Notes under the pieces: model-generated | Seen by the model: only the letters and a program-made list of their open reading frames with translations | What the model was told of the DNA's origin: nothing | Databases searched by the model: none | Made by a program: the position numbers and the translations under genes | NCBI GenBank assembly: GCA_002493865.1 | Contig: DLAC01000010.1 | Location: 31,017 to 95,016, forward strand | Length of the DNA: 64,000 nucleotides | DNA from: Bacillales bacterium UBA7057 | GTDB taxonomy: Bacteria > Bacillota_I > Bacilli_A > RF39 > UBA660 | Direction: 5' to 3' | In this document: positions 18,802 through 29,174 of the stretch, one piece after another | Numbering within the stretch: the first letter of the stretch is position 1 | Layout: each line of letters begins with the position of its first letter

Positions 18802-19347
18802 ATGGCAAAATCAAGAGAAATTGTTACAAAAGCAGTCGTTGGGAAGGGAAAGAAAACATTTGTGACGACAGATGTAATTACCCCAGAAATTATGCCTACA
18901 ACTATCCTTGGTGCTTGGATTATCAATCATAACTTTTCTGGAAGAAAGAATGGAGATAAGGTAGCAATTACCGGTAGTTACGATGTCAATATCTGGTATT
19001 CTTGTATGAACGATAGCAAAACAGAGGTTGTAAAGAAAAGTGTTCAATATAATGAAAATGTTACAGTTCCAAAGAAAAATGAAGCTTCACTTTCTGATGA
19101 AGAAGTGGTTATCCGTAGTTTGAAACAGCCAACTTGTACGCGTGCTGAGATTATTGACGGGAAAATAGAATTTACAGTAGAAAAAGAGTTAGGAATCGAA
19201 TTAGTTGGAGATACAAAAGTAAAAATTAGTTATGAAGAAGAAGAGGATCCATGGGAAGATATCGAGGATGATCAAACAGAAATAGAATTAGAACAGGCGG
19301 AACAGCAAATAGATAATGAAATCCAAGAAGAATTTCTAGATGAATAA
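18802..19347 (+). CDS. cotE: spore coat protein CotE (Bacillus type)
   Basis: 181 aa. REIVTKAVVGKGKK...ILGAWIINH...acidic C-terminus aligns closely with B. subtilis CotE, and the synteny with miaB-ymcA supports the call. Confidence 0.8.
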   Translation: MAKSREIVTKAVVGKGKKTFVTTDVITPEIMPTTILGAWIINHNFSGRKNGDKVAITGSYDVNIWYSCMNDSKTEVVKKSVQYNENVTVPKKNEASLSDEEVVIRSLKQPTCTRAEIIDGKIEFTVEKELGIELVGDTKVKISYEEEEDPWEDIEDDQTEIELEQAEQQIDNEIQEEFLDE

Positions 19348-19427
19348 AGTATCGTTATGGTACTTTATTTTTTTGTATTCTATTGGTTTTAGTGTTAAAA
19401 TAAGTACATAGTAGGTGAGGTGTAAAA

Positions 19428-20276
19428 ATGAGTCGTAAAACAGAAAAAAATATAAAGATTGCTATTGTAATATTAATAATAATATTAATAGGATTTTTAG
19501 TTTTTATTTTAGTAGATAGCTTCTTATCAGAAAATAACAAAGAAAAAGATAAACCAATATTCTCAAATAATCCTATTTCATCACCAATGCAAAATCAGGA
19601 AGCAAACGAACCAGAAGAGCAGGAAATTGAAATCTCTATGGAGTTGGCGGAGAAACTTTATAATATGCTTTATGAACCAATGGATTGTGGAAGTAGATTA
19701 TTCTCTCATTATGGTAGTGACAAGATAGTTCCAAATGATTTTAGTAACTTAGAAAAAAATTTTATTGTAGTTATGAATCTAAATAAAGAAAGGGTTCTAC
19801 ATCAGAATCCAAAATATACAAAAGAGGAAATTATTGAAACAAAGAATCGTATTTTTGGTAAAGAAGCCACGTTCGAAATTATAAATAGCAATAGTTGTTA
19901 TCACTTTCATTTGGGAGAGGATGGAAATTACACCGTCGAATGGCAATGCGGTGGAGATATGTGTAGTCCATTAACTCTTACAAAACTTTCAAAGGCTGTA
20001 CAGAAAGGGAATAAAATATATATAGACCAAATGGTAATTTTTAGTTTGACAGGTGAATCTGGTGAAAGTGATGAGAATACAGCTTATTATTACCAAGACT
20101 ATAATAGAACAAAGCTGCTTGGAAAAAAAGAATTTATAGATTCATATGATTATATGATTAATTCTGATAAACTCGATTGGAATCAATATGAAAATCAAGC
20201 AAGTATTTATCAATATACTTATCAAGATAATAATGATGGAACTTATACATTTATTCAAATAGAAAAAATTAAATAA
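19428..20276 (+). CDS. membrane-anchored (N-terminal TM) Cys-containing extracytoplasmic protein, cassette copy 1
   Basis: 282 aa with an N-terminal TM helix (IKIAIVILIIILIGFLVFILV). The extracellular part has five conserved Cys. Paralogous to 22615..23472. Confidence 0.6.
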   Translation: MSRKTEKNIKIAIVILIIILIGFLVFILVDSFLSENNKEKDKPIFSNNPISSPMQNQEANEPEEQEIEISMELAEKLYNMLYEPMDCGSRLFSHYGSDKIVPNDFSNLEKNFIVVMNLNKERVLHQNPKYTKEEIIETKNRIFGKEATFEIINSNSCYHFHLGEDGNYTVEWQCGGDMCSPLTLTKLSKAVQKGNKIYIDQMVIFSLTGESGESDENTAYYYQDYNRTKLLGKKEFIDSYDYMINSDKLDWNQYENQASIYQYTYQDNNDGTYTFIQIEKIK

Positions 20277-20372
20277 CAAGGACTTCAGTTTAAACTGTAG
20301 CCCTTTTTGTGTGTTTGGTGCAATTATAAAATGCCCCCTTTCATATATTAAAGTAGAAAGGAGATATGAAAT

Positions 20373-22514
20373 ATGGAATTTTTTACGTTTCCTATGGAAA
20401 CTATGAGAATTATAGCTAATTACAATGATAATAGTGCACATTTTACTGGTGATCCTAAGGATTATCCAATTGCCAATGCTGGGGCTGATAATTCACGATC
20501 AGCTATATTTGCACGAGTTGATTTGAGAGTTGTCGCAAAAAGAGGGGTTGGAAATACTGTTACAAATACGGTATGGTTACAGACTGTTAATCCAGTTAAG
20601 ACACCAACTTTTGAAGATTATGCATTTATAACACTTACTCATTGGAACGATAGCGACAATCTTATGAAAAAATGGGAAGTAGGATTAATAATCCCAAAAG
20701 GAGAACTTATTTGCGGTGAAGGAACTGATGGTGTAACTGAAAATCAAATTCAAATAGCTTGTGGTAAAGGTTATTCAGATAATTGGACACAAAATACATC
20801 AGGTGCTTGGGTTATGACTGGAGATGCTAGAAAACCTGAAGAAGTATTTTATGTAGATCCTTCATTTACAACTATAGTGGATTCAAGAGGACTTGCTTTT
20901 CAATCATTACCTACTTTTTATGGTACACCTTTAGGAAGAAATACAAAGTTAAGGCAAGTTAACGTTACTACTAATGTACAAGAGGCATATTCAAATGCAT
21001 CTGGAAACATGATTGGTATGGTAAATCCTGGAGTTTATAATCTTTTACAAGTAAGTGGTGAATATGCTCAAATTGAATCTGGTCTTTGGGTAAAATTAGT
21101 AAGTGGAAGAGTTGTTATTTTAGAGGCAGAAACTGCCCCAAGTACATTAGGCTCTATTAATAATACTTCAATTGGTAGTAATGTAAATATTACCATTAAT
21201 AAGCAAATGGAAAATGTTGAGCATACATTAAGGTATGAATTTGGTTCAACTAATGCAACAATTGCTACCAGTGTAGATTCAAGTTATCAATTCAATTTAT
21301 CAAAAGATTTATATTATCATATGATAAATTCTAAATCTGCTAGCATGACTATATATTGTGATACTTATTCTAATGGAAATTTAATTGGAACTACTTCTAC
21401 TGTATTTATAGTATCTGCAGTTGATGATGATGTAAAACCAGATGTATCAATTGCCACCTCTGTTGATTCTAAAACAATGGAATTAACAAATGATGAAAAT
21501 ACGATTATTGCTGGAGTTACAGATCTTACATATCAAATAACTGCAGAGCCAAAATATGATGCAAGTATTAATTCTTATCAATTAGAAGATGCTACTGGCA
21601 TTAAAAGTGTATCTGCAAATGGAACTTTAGAAAAAGTAAATTTAACAGATGCACTAAAGTATCGTGTAATTGATAGTAGAGGATATAATGATTGGTATTT
21701 AAAAGATTTTGATATTGTTTCTTATACAGGAATTGGATTGATCTTTAGTGCAAATAGGTCAAATAAAAATAATATGGAAGAAGTAACAATTAATTATTCT
21801 GGTACTTTTGATAACAAAGTTTTTGGTACAAAGGAAGGGGCTTTAACTAACCAGTTAAGTGTTGCATTATATTCTAGAACATCAGATACAGAAGAGTGGG
21901 AAAAGGTATTAGATTTAACACCGACTGTTTTAGAAAACAATTACTATCAAGAAATGATTTTACCTATGGGATTTAATAAAAATACAACTTACTATTTCAA
22001 AATAGTTGTAAATGATTTATTAACAAAAGCGGAAGTTGAATATGAAGTTAAAGATGAGCAAAGTCTAAATTTTGAATTTATATATCCGATTGGACGTGGG
22101 TTCTTAGATTTTACGAATACAGATTATAGTAATTATCTTGGATTTACTTGGGAAAAAACATTATTAGGAGTATTTCCAGTAGGATTCGATGGTACTCAAG
22201 CAGAATTTAATGTTATAGGTAAAAAAGGAGGAAGCAAATTTTTACAAGCTCATAGCCATACTTTTTCAGGAACTACTAGTCAAAATGGTAACCATTATCA
22301 TACAACGATGGGGGTAGAGGCATCAAGTAAGACTAATCCGTCTAAAACAGTTTTAAGACCTGCTGGATGGGACGGTCAGACAAGTGTTGTTTCTGGTAAT
22401 GCTGCGGGTGACCATGCACATACTTATAGTGGTACTACTAGCACTGCTGGTAATGGTAATGCACAGAATTTACCACCATATGAAGTCGTTAATTTCTGGA
22501 AAAGAATTGCATAG
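20373..22514 (+). CDS. phage tail-fibre-like protein with C-terminal tail-collar (MdpB-like) domain, cassette copy 1
   Basis: 713 aa with no signal peptide. C-terminus FLQAHSHTFSGTT...GDHAHTYSGTT...NLPPYEVVNFWKRIA fits the phage tail-collar fibre domain. The N-terminus is conserved with 23759..25922. Confidence 0.7.
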   Translation: MEFFTFPMETMRIIANYNDNSAHFTGDPKDYPIANAGADNSRSAIFARVDLRVVAKRGVGNTVTNTVWLQTVNPVKTPTFEDYAFITLTHWNDSDNLMKKWEVGLIIPKGELICGEGTDGVTENQIQIACGKGYSDNWTQNTSGAWVMTGDARKPEEVFYVDPSFTTIVDSRGLAFQSLPTFYGTPLGRNTKLRQVNVTTNVQEAYSNASGNMIGMVNPGVYNLLQVSGEYAQIESGLWVKLVSGRVVILEAETAPSTLGSINNTSIGSNVNITINKQMENVEHTLRYEFGSTNATIATSVDSSYQFNLSKDLYYHMINSKSASMTIYCDTYSNGNLIGTTSTVFIVSAVDDDVKPDVSIATSVDSKTMELTNDENTIIAGVTDLTYQITAEPKYDASINSYQLEDATGIKSVSANGTLEKVNLTDALKYRVIDSRGYNDWYLKDFDIVSYTGIGLIFSANRSNKNNMEEVTINYSGTFDNKVFGTKEGALTNQLSVALYSRTSDTEEWEKVLDLTPTVLENNYYQEMILPMGFNKNTTYYFKIVVNDLLTKAEVEYEVKDEQSLNFEFIYPIGRGFLDFTNTDYSNYLGFTWEKTLLGVFPVGFDGTQAEFNVIGKKGGSKFLQAHSHTFSGTTSQNGNHYHTTMGVEASSKTNPSKTVLRPAGWDGQTSVVSGNAAGDHAHTYSGTTSTAGNGNAQNLPPYEVVNFWKRIA

Positions 22515-22525
22515 TTTTATTTATT

Positions 22526-22556
22526 ATGAACAAACTCAAATATGAGTTTGTTCTTT
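22526..22556 (+). terminator. rho-independent terminator
   Basis: 11-bp stem GAACAAACTCA/TGAGTTTGTTC with a 4-nt loop, followed by TTTTAT. Confidence 0.7.
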
Positions 22557-22614
22557 TATGTTGTTTTTTATAAAATTAAATGATAAGATAATGACATAAT
22601 AGGTGAGTTGTAAA

Positions 22615-23472
22615 ATGGAAAAAAAGGTTGAAGTAAGATTAAAAATCATTATTATAGTTTTAATATTAGTAATAATAGGATTGGGAGGATTTATTACAGT
22701 TGATAAGTTTTTATTAGAAAATGATTCAAAAGTGAAACAGAAAAATCCAAATTCTACTAACAAGCCAGTTCTGTCAGAAAGTCCTAAACCAACACAAGGT
22801 GGGGACATTCCAGAACCAGAGGAGAAAGAAATTGCAATTTCTATTGATTTAGCCAAAACAATTTATAATAAATTTTATGACGCAGAAGATTGTGGAGAAA
22901 GATTTTCTAAATATTATAAATATGATAAAGTAACGGCAGATGACTTAACTAATGAGGATAAAACATATATCATATCATTAAATATAGCAAAAAGAATGGA
23001 CGAACATATATTTACTGAAGAAGAAATTTTAAAAACTAAAAATCAACTTTTAGGAGAAAATACTACATTTGAAATTACGAATAGCAAAGAATGTAAAAAT
23101 TTTTTCAAATTGAATGATGGGACTTATGATTTAAATCGTTATTGTAGTGGTGGTATGTGTACACCAAGCGAAATTACAAATATTAAAAGGGCTACAAAGA
23201 GGGGAAATATCATTTCTATAGATCAAAAGGTAATATTTGAGAAATATCAAAATCATGATAATGATGATGGAATGACATCATACTATTACCAAGATGTAGA
23301 TCAAACTATATTATTAGAAAAAAGAGATTATATCGATAATGATCAATATTTAGAGCAATATAATAAAATTGATTGGGAAAAATATGAGAATCAAGTAAGT
23401 GTTTATCGCTACACTTATCGGGATAATGAAGATGATACTTATACATTCATACAAATGGAGAAAATAAATTAA
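22615..23472 (+). CDS. membrane-anchored Cys-containing extracytoplasmic protein, cassette copy 2
   Basis: Paralog of 19428..20276 with the same TM anchor and Cys pattern. Start placed at ATG 22615 by analogy with copy 1 (TAGGTGAG RBS-like sequence conserved). Confidence 0.6.
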   Translation: MEKKVEVRLKIIIIVLILVIIGLGGFITVDKFLLENDSKVKQKNPNSTNKPVLSESPKPTQGGDIPEPEEKEIAISIDLAKTIYNKFYDAEDCGERFSKYYKYDKVTADDLTNEDKTYIISLNIAKRMDEHIFTEEEILKTKNQLLGENTTFEITNSKECKNFFKLNDGTYDLNRYCSGGMCTPSEITNIKRATKRGNIISIDQKVIFEKYQNHDNDDGMTSYYYQDVDQTILLEKRDYIDNDQYLEQYNKIDWEKYENQVSVYRYTYRDNEDDTYTFIQMEKIN

Positions 23473-23503
23473 ACTATTAAAATAATTTTAGGTCGTTAGC
23501 AAG

Positions 23504-23539
23504 GTCGTTTTTTATGCTGTTTTGTTAACGACTTTTTTT
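23504..23539 (+). terminator. probable terminator (weak)
   Basis: GTCGTT...AACGAC stem with a ~17-nt loop, followed by TTTTTTT, downstream of 22615..23472. Confidence 0.35.
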
Positions 23540-23758
23540 GGTTCTAATTTTAATAGTAAAAAGTATTTTTAGAAATCTAATATTTAATAAACTCTAATTT
23601 TGATAATTAATTTTCCTTTGTGATAAAGTTAAACTATTAATATTTTCAAAAGGATTTTTTTCAGTACGATGAAATCGCTAAAATAATTTTTTCTGTGTGT
23701 TTGATGTAATTATAGAAAGTCTCTTTTCATATATTAAAGTAGAAAGGAGGTATGAAAT

Positions 23759-25922
23759 ATGGAATTTTTTACGTTTCCCATGGAGTCTTTAAATGTTTCG
23801 CAAAGATATGATGGAGATGGACATATAGGTCATATAAAAGGAAATCCCAAAGATTATCCAATAGATATAGTTGGTGGTGATTATGGAGTACCGAATGCCG
23901 TTTTTGCAACAGTAGATCTAAGGGTTGTGAAAAAAAAGAGGACCATATGATAATACAGTAACAAATACTGTATGGTTACAAACTGTTAACCCTGTTAGAA
24001 CACCAACTTTTGAAGATTATGCATTTATGACACTAACACATTGGAATGATGGAGATACTGCAATGAAAAAGTGGCCAGAGGGATCTATTATTCCAAAAGG
24101 ACAAATTATATGTTATGAAGGAACTAATGTAAATGTTGCCTTACATATTCATATGACCTGTGGAAGAGGCTATTCCAGCGGATGGACAAAAAGTACTACT
24201 GGAAAACAGGTTATAACGGGAGATTGTAAGCCACCAGAGGATGTATTATATATAAATCCTTCATTCACTAAGATAGGAACAAGGTATGGAAAAAATGGTC
24301 TTAATTGGAGAAATATTCCATCTTCTTATGGAACCCCAGTTTCAAGGAACAATACAATTCGTCAAGTTAATGTAATTGCTACAATGCAAGATGCTTATTC
24401 TTCAGCTGGTGGATCCTCAATTGGATTGGTTAATCCAGGGATTTATAATCTTTTACAAGTGAGTGGAGAATATGTTCAAATTGAATCTGGTCTTTGGGTA
24501 AAATTAGTAAGTGGAAAAGTTGTTATCTTAGAAGCTGAAGTAGTACCAAGTACATTAAATTCTATTAATGATACTTCTGTTGGTAACAGTATAAATATTG
24601 TTATTAATAAAAAAACATCAAATGTTTATCACACATTGAGATATATTTTTAATTCTACCAATGCGACTATTGCTACTAATGTAGATTCAAGCTACCAATT
24701 TGAACTATCACAAGATTTATATTATCATATGACAAACTCTAAGTTTGCTAATATGACTATATATTGTGATACTTATTTTAATGGAAGTTTAATTGGAACT
24801 ACTTCTACTACATTTAAAGTATTTGCTGTTGATAGCGATGTAAAGCCAGAGGTATCAATTACTACTTCTGTTGATTCTAAAACAATGGAATTAACAAATG
24901 ATGAAAGCACTATTATTGTCGGAGTTACAGATCTTACATATCAGATAACTGCACAGGCAAAATATGATGCCGGTATTAATAGCTATCAATTGGAAGATGC
25001 TACTGGTATGAAAAGTGTATCTGTAAATGGAATTTTAGAAAAAGTAAATTTAACAGATACACTAAAATATCGTGTAATTGATAGTAGAGGATATGACAAT
25101 TGGTATTCAAAAGGCTTTAACATTGTTTCATATACACCAGTTGCATTATCGTATCGTGCAGTTCGAGAAAATGAAACTAATTTGGAAGAGGTAACAATTA
25201 ATTATTCTGGCGTTTTTGATAACAAAGCGTTTGGCTCAAAAGAAGGTGCCTTGACTAACGAATTAGAGCTAGAGTTATATTATCGTAACGCAGGGGAAAA
25301 TAATTGGATAAAGATTTCATCTTTAAATCCTACCATAGTAGGAAATAAGTATGAAGGAAAACTTTTATTACCTATTACTTTTGATAAAAATACAATTTAT
25401 TACTTTAAAATTAATGCAAAGGATTTGCTTACTGAAGTAGAAGTTGAAAAAGTATTACTGGACCAAAAGGGTCAATTTTTTGATTTTCTATTCCCAGTAG
25501 GAAGTGGATTTATAGATTTTACAGACATTAATTATACAAATTATCTCGGTTTTACTTGGGAAAAAACTTTATTAGGAAAAACGCCAGTTGGGTGTGATAT
25601 TAGTCAATCAGAATTTAATACTTTAGGCAAAATAGGTGGATCAAAAGGTTTGCTTGCGCATAGCCATAGTTTTTCTGGAGGTACTGACCAAAATGGTAAT
25701 CATACTCATACAACGATGGGGGTAGAGGCATCAAGTTTAACGAATCCTTCAAAAACAGTTTTAAGGCCTGCTGGATGGGATGGGCAAACAAGTGTTGTTG
25801 AAGGTAATGCTACTGGTAATCACATGCATAGTTACAGTGGAACTACTAGTACTTCAGGTGTTGGTAATGGACAAAATTTACCTCCATATGAAGTAGTTAA
25901 CTTTTGGAAGAGAATTGCTTAG
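23759..25922 (+). pseudogene. tail-fibre-like protein, cassette copy 2, disrupted by a +1 frameshift in an A8 tract
   Basis: ORFs 23759..23950 and 24027..25922 are the N-terminus and the body of a paralog of 20373..22514. Removing one A from A8 (23930-23937) restores ...VVKKRGPYDNTVTNTVWLQTVNPVRTPTFEDYAFMTLTHWND..., colinear with copy 1. Confidence 0.65.
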
Positions 25923-26005
25923 ATTAGCATCATTAAAAACAAAATGGGATTTAATGGGTTCTGTTTTGTTTTTTTAATAGAAATTAACCTGTTAATAAAA
26001 AATAC

Positions 26006-26034
26006 TTGACAGCACAAGAAAGTAATATTATAAT
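26006..26034 (+). promoter_or_regulatory. sigma-A promoter of rpsP (TTGACA-17-TATAAT)
   Basis: Perfect -35 TTGACA at 26006-26011, 17-nt spacer, perfect -10 TATAAT at 26029-26034, about 30 nt upstream of the rpsP start. Confidence 0.6.
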
Positions 26035-26065
26035 GTAATTAATAAAAGAAATGGAGGAGAGAAAT

Positions 26066-26332
26066 ATGGCAGTAAAACTTAGACTTACTCGTATGGGTGC
26101 AAAAAAGAGACCAAGCTATCGTATTGTAGCTAGCGATTCTAGAGTAAAAAGAGATGGAAAATATCTTGAATTGGTTGGAACTTATGATCCAATTGCAAAA
26201 GAAACAAAAATTAATGAAGAAATCGCTTTAAAATGGTTAGAACTTGGAGCACAACCATCAGATACTGTAAAAAATTTATTCAGTAAGGCTGGAATTATGA
26301 AAAAATACTCTGATAAGAAGCAAGGAAAATAG
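26066..26332 (+). CDS. rpsP: 30S ribosomal protein S16
   Basis: [42 protein letters not shown] is the canonical S16 N-terminus. ATG at 26066 with RBS GGAGGAG. Confidence 0.9.
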   Translation: MAVKLRLTRMGAKKRPSYRIVASDSRVKRDGKYLELVGTYDPIAKETKINEEIALKWLELGAQPSDTVKNLFSKAGIMKKYSDKKQGK

Positions 26333-26334
26333 GT

Positions 26335-26583
26335 ATGAATTTAGTAGAGTTAACTGATTTTCTTGTAAAATCTTTAGTAGAAAATACAGAAGAAGTATCT
26401 GTCAAAGAATTTGAAAGCGATGATGAAAATACTATCCTTATCCAAGTCCTAGTAAGTCAAGATGACATGGGAAGAGTCATTGGTAAGGGTGGTAAAATTG
26501 CGAATGCGGTAAGAACTTTAGTTCAGGCAAGTAGCTATATGAAAGATAATAAAAAAGTAAAAATCAATATTGATAGTTTTTAG
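26335..26583 (+). CDS. KH-domain RNA-binding protein (YlqC/UPF0109)
   Basis: 82 aa with KH GxxG loop VIGKGGKIANAVR. Conserved partner downstream of rpsP. Confidence 0.8.
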   Translation: MNLVELTDFLVKSLVENTEEVSVKEFESDDENTILIQVLVSQDDMGRVIGKGGKIANAVRTLVQASSYMKDNKKVKINIDSF

Positions 26584-26607
26584 GAACCTATGGTTCTTTT
26601 TTTGATT

Positions 26608-27111
26608 TTAGAAGGAAAGAATCTTATTATTAATGGTTAAAAGAAGATCCACAATCAAAAGAATGAGTAAGATATAAGAAATCCAATTGGGAATTTTATT
26701 ACTATATTTTTTTGCGATTGGATCGACGATTAGGGCTATCAAAATACTACAAATTCCCCAAACAATACTCATTTCTATGGAAGTATATTTTCCAATATTT
26801 GCTTTATGATCTTGATAGTTCCAAAAAACTTGATGAAATAATTCTTCTATGACATATCCTCCAATATATTCCATTGTTGCTAGAGTAATTGCAGAAATAA
26901 AAAATAAAACAACATATCGTATCCAATCCTTTTTTATCTTTTTTTTCAAGTATTGATTGAATAACAAAATAATAATTACTCCGATTCCATAGATAGGAGT
27001 CCAATATCCATAAAGGATTCCGCTATTATAATTTTTTATAAAAGTACTCTCTAGGAAGTGACCTAAAATAGAAAAGAAAAAGAAAATATTTAAGTAATTC
27101 ATTTTGCTCAC
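26608..27111 (-). CDS. small polytopic membrane protein (possibly PF06541 'putative ABC-transporter type IV' family)
   Basis: 167 aa with four predicted TM helices. Family assignment is tentative. Confidence 0.45.
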   Translation of the reverse strand: MSKMNYLNIFFFFSILGHFLESTFIKNYNSGILYGYWTPIYGIGVIIILLFNQYLKKKIKKDWIRYVVLFFISAITLATMEYIGGYVIEELFHQVFWNYQDHKANIGKYTSIEMSIVWGICSILIALIVDPIAKKYSNKIPNWISYILLILLIVDLLLTINNKILSF

Positions 27112-27221
27112 CTATTTTATTTTTCCCAATCTCTTACAAATTATTTCAAGAAAACTGTATTGTAGTTCTTACCAAAGTGTATTATAATTAATTTTAGAGT
27201 TAAGAATCTTGGGAGGTTATT

Positions 27222-28046
27222 ATGAAACAAATTATGGAAAAGAGGATTTTAGGTGCAATCCTTATTCTAGCTATTTTTTTACCACTATTATTTCTAGGTG
27301 GAGAATATTTTGCTGTGATGATTGCACTTGTTGGTATGCTTGGGTTTCGTGAATTATGGAACGTACGCTTTAAGAAGAAAAAGAAAGAATCACAGATTCC
27401 TTTGACTTTAAAAATACTATCTTATGGGTGTTTACTATTTTTAGTTCTCAATAATTGGAGTTCTACAGAATTTAAAATTGTTTTAGATTATCGAGTACTT
27501 AGTTTGTGTCTGATTATATTTTTTCTTCCAATTATCATTTTGGCAGATGAAAAGAAATATAATTTAGAAGATGCAATGTTTTTAATGGGAAGTGTGATTT
27601 TTCTAGGATTATCTTTTAATTTAATTATTTTAACTAGAAATTATTCACTCAATTATATTTTATACTTCTTGATTATTACAACTGTGACAGATACATTTGC
27701 GTTAATTACTGGACTCTTGGTGGGAAAGCATAAATTAATAGAAGCAATTTCGCCTGGAAAAACAGTAGAGGGCTTGCTTGGTGGAACTGTGATGGGTGTT
27801 TTTGTCGCTAGTGTATTTTATATCACTGTCATTAATTCTTCGATTGATCCAGTTCAATTACTCATTGTCACTGTTACTTTATCTTTAATGGGACAACTTG
27901 GGGATTTAGTCTTTTCAGCGATTAAAAGACATTATGATGAAAAAGATTTTTCTAATTTAATTCCTGGTCATGGTGGGATTTTAGACCGTTTTGATAGTAT
28001 TATCTTTGTAGTGATTACAGCGACATTATTTATGTCAATTATATAG
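27222..28046 (+). CDS. cdsA: phosphatidate cytidylyltransferase
   Basis: C-terminal CTP-transferase signature KRHYDEKDFSNLIPGHGGILDRFDS. Confidence 0.85.
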   Translation: MKQIMEKRILGAILILAIFLPLLFLGGEYFAVMIALVGMLGFRELWNVRFKKKKKESQIPLTLKILSYGCLLFLVLNNWSSTEFKIVLDYRVLSLCLIIFFLPIIILADEKKYNLEDAMFLMGSVIFLGLSFNLIILTRNYSLNYILYFLIITTVTDTFALITGLLVGKHKLIEAISPGKTVEGLLGGTVMGVFVASVFYITVINSSIDPVQLLIVTVTLSLMGQLGDLVFSAIKRHYDEKDFSNLIPGHGGILDRFDSIIFVVITATLFMSII

Positions 28047-28061
28047 GAGGGTATTCTCATT

Positions 28062-29105
28062 ATGTTATTAAATCTAATTTATTTTGTTCTAGTATTAGGA
28101 ATTATTGTGTTAATTCATGAATCTGGACATTTTCTATTTGCCAAACTTTGTGGTATTTATGTATATGAATTTTCTATTGGAATGGGACCAAAATTATTTT
28201 CTAAAAAGGGAAAAAATGGGGAAACTGAATATTGTATTCGAGCCATTCCCATTGGTGGTTTTGTTTCCTTAGCAGGAGAAGAAGTGGATGATGATAAGAA
28301 AATTCCTGAAGATCGGAAACTTTACGCAAAAAAAGCATGGCAGAGATTTTTAGTTATGTTTTTTGGAGCAGGATTCAATTTTATTTTTGCTGTACTCATT
28401 CTATTTTCCATTGGACTTTTCTATGGATCCGTTTCTTCTAAACCCATTATTTCTGAAGTAGTCAAAGACAATCCAGCAGAGGTTGCGGGTTTAAAAGATG
28501 GAGATCGTGTACTTGCTATTAATAATCGAAAAGTAAAAACATCTGATGATATTTCTTTATTCTTACAAATTGTAGATAAAAATAAGCCAGTAAAATTTAA
28601 AGTTGAAAGAGATGGTAAAGAATATACCTTTGATGTAAAACCAATCAAAGAAAAAGTAGAAGATCAAGATGTTTATCGCATTGGTGTTATGATTAACAAT
28701 GAGAAAAAGCAGGGATTTGGTGCAGCAGTAGAGTACGCATTTGTGAAAACAGGGGCACTATTCCGTCAAATGTTTGTAACTTTGGAAAGCTTATTTACAG
28801 GTGGTGTTTCAATTAATCAATTCGCAGGACCTGTTGGTATTTATAATATCGTTGGAACACAAGCCAAAGCAGGATTTGCCAATATTCTTTATTTGATTGC
28901 TCTTTTAAGTATTAATGTTGGATTTATTAATTTAATTCCTTTTCCTGCCTTTGATGGAGGAAGAATTCTATTCTTAATTATCGAAAAAATCAAGGGAAGT
29001 CCGGTAAAACCTGAAACAGAAAATAAAATTCATACCATTGGATTCCTATTATTAATGGTTTTAATGGTTTATATTACATTTAATGATATTTTAAGGTTAT
29101 TTTAA
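28062..29105 (+). CDS. rseP: RIP zinc metalloprotease RseP/RasP (site-2 protease, M50)
   Basis: HESGHFLFAKL (HExxH), PDZ domain and C-terminal FPAFDGGR(I) motif. Confidence 0.85.
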   Translation: MLLNLIYFVLVLGIIVLIHESGHFLFAKLCGIYVYEFSIGMGPKLFSKKGKNGETEYCIRAIPIGGFVSLAGEEVDDDKKIPEDRKLYAKKAWQRFLVMFFGAGFNFIFAVLILFSIGLFYGSVSSKPIISEVVKDNPAEVAGLKDGDRVLAINNRKVKTSDDISLFLQIVDKNKPVKFKVERDGKEYTFDVKPIKEKVEDQDVYRIGVMINNEKKQGFGAAVEYAFVKTGALFRQMFVTLESLFTGGVSINQFAGPVGIYNIVGTQAKAGFANILYLIALLSINVGFINLIPFPAFDGGRILFLIIEKIKGSPVKPETENKIHTIGFLLLMVLMVYITFNDILRLF

Positions 29106-29174
29106 CTTATAAAAAGAGGCGAATTTTTAGAATTGCTTTCTAGAAATTCTTTTTCTTTGATTTAGGAGGTTTGT

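Noticed and set aside
20331-23785. Conserved ~60-nt direct repeats upstream of the two fibre genes as CRISPR-like or IS-like repeats
   Set aside because: They are the duplicated promoter, RBS and 5' coding region of paralogous genes (segmental duplication), not short interspaced repeats. No CRISPR array was seen anywhere in the window.
19400-25922. Fibre-like genes as part of an integrated prophage or tailocin
   Set aside because: There are no capsid, terminase, portal, tail-tube, sheath, baseplate, holin, endolysin or integrase genes in the flanking 15 kb on either side. Flanks are cotE and rpsP. This is kept as a finding rather than annotated as a prophage.
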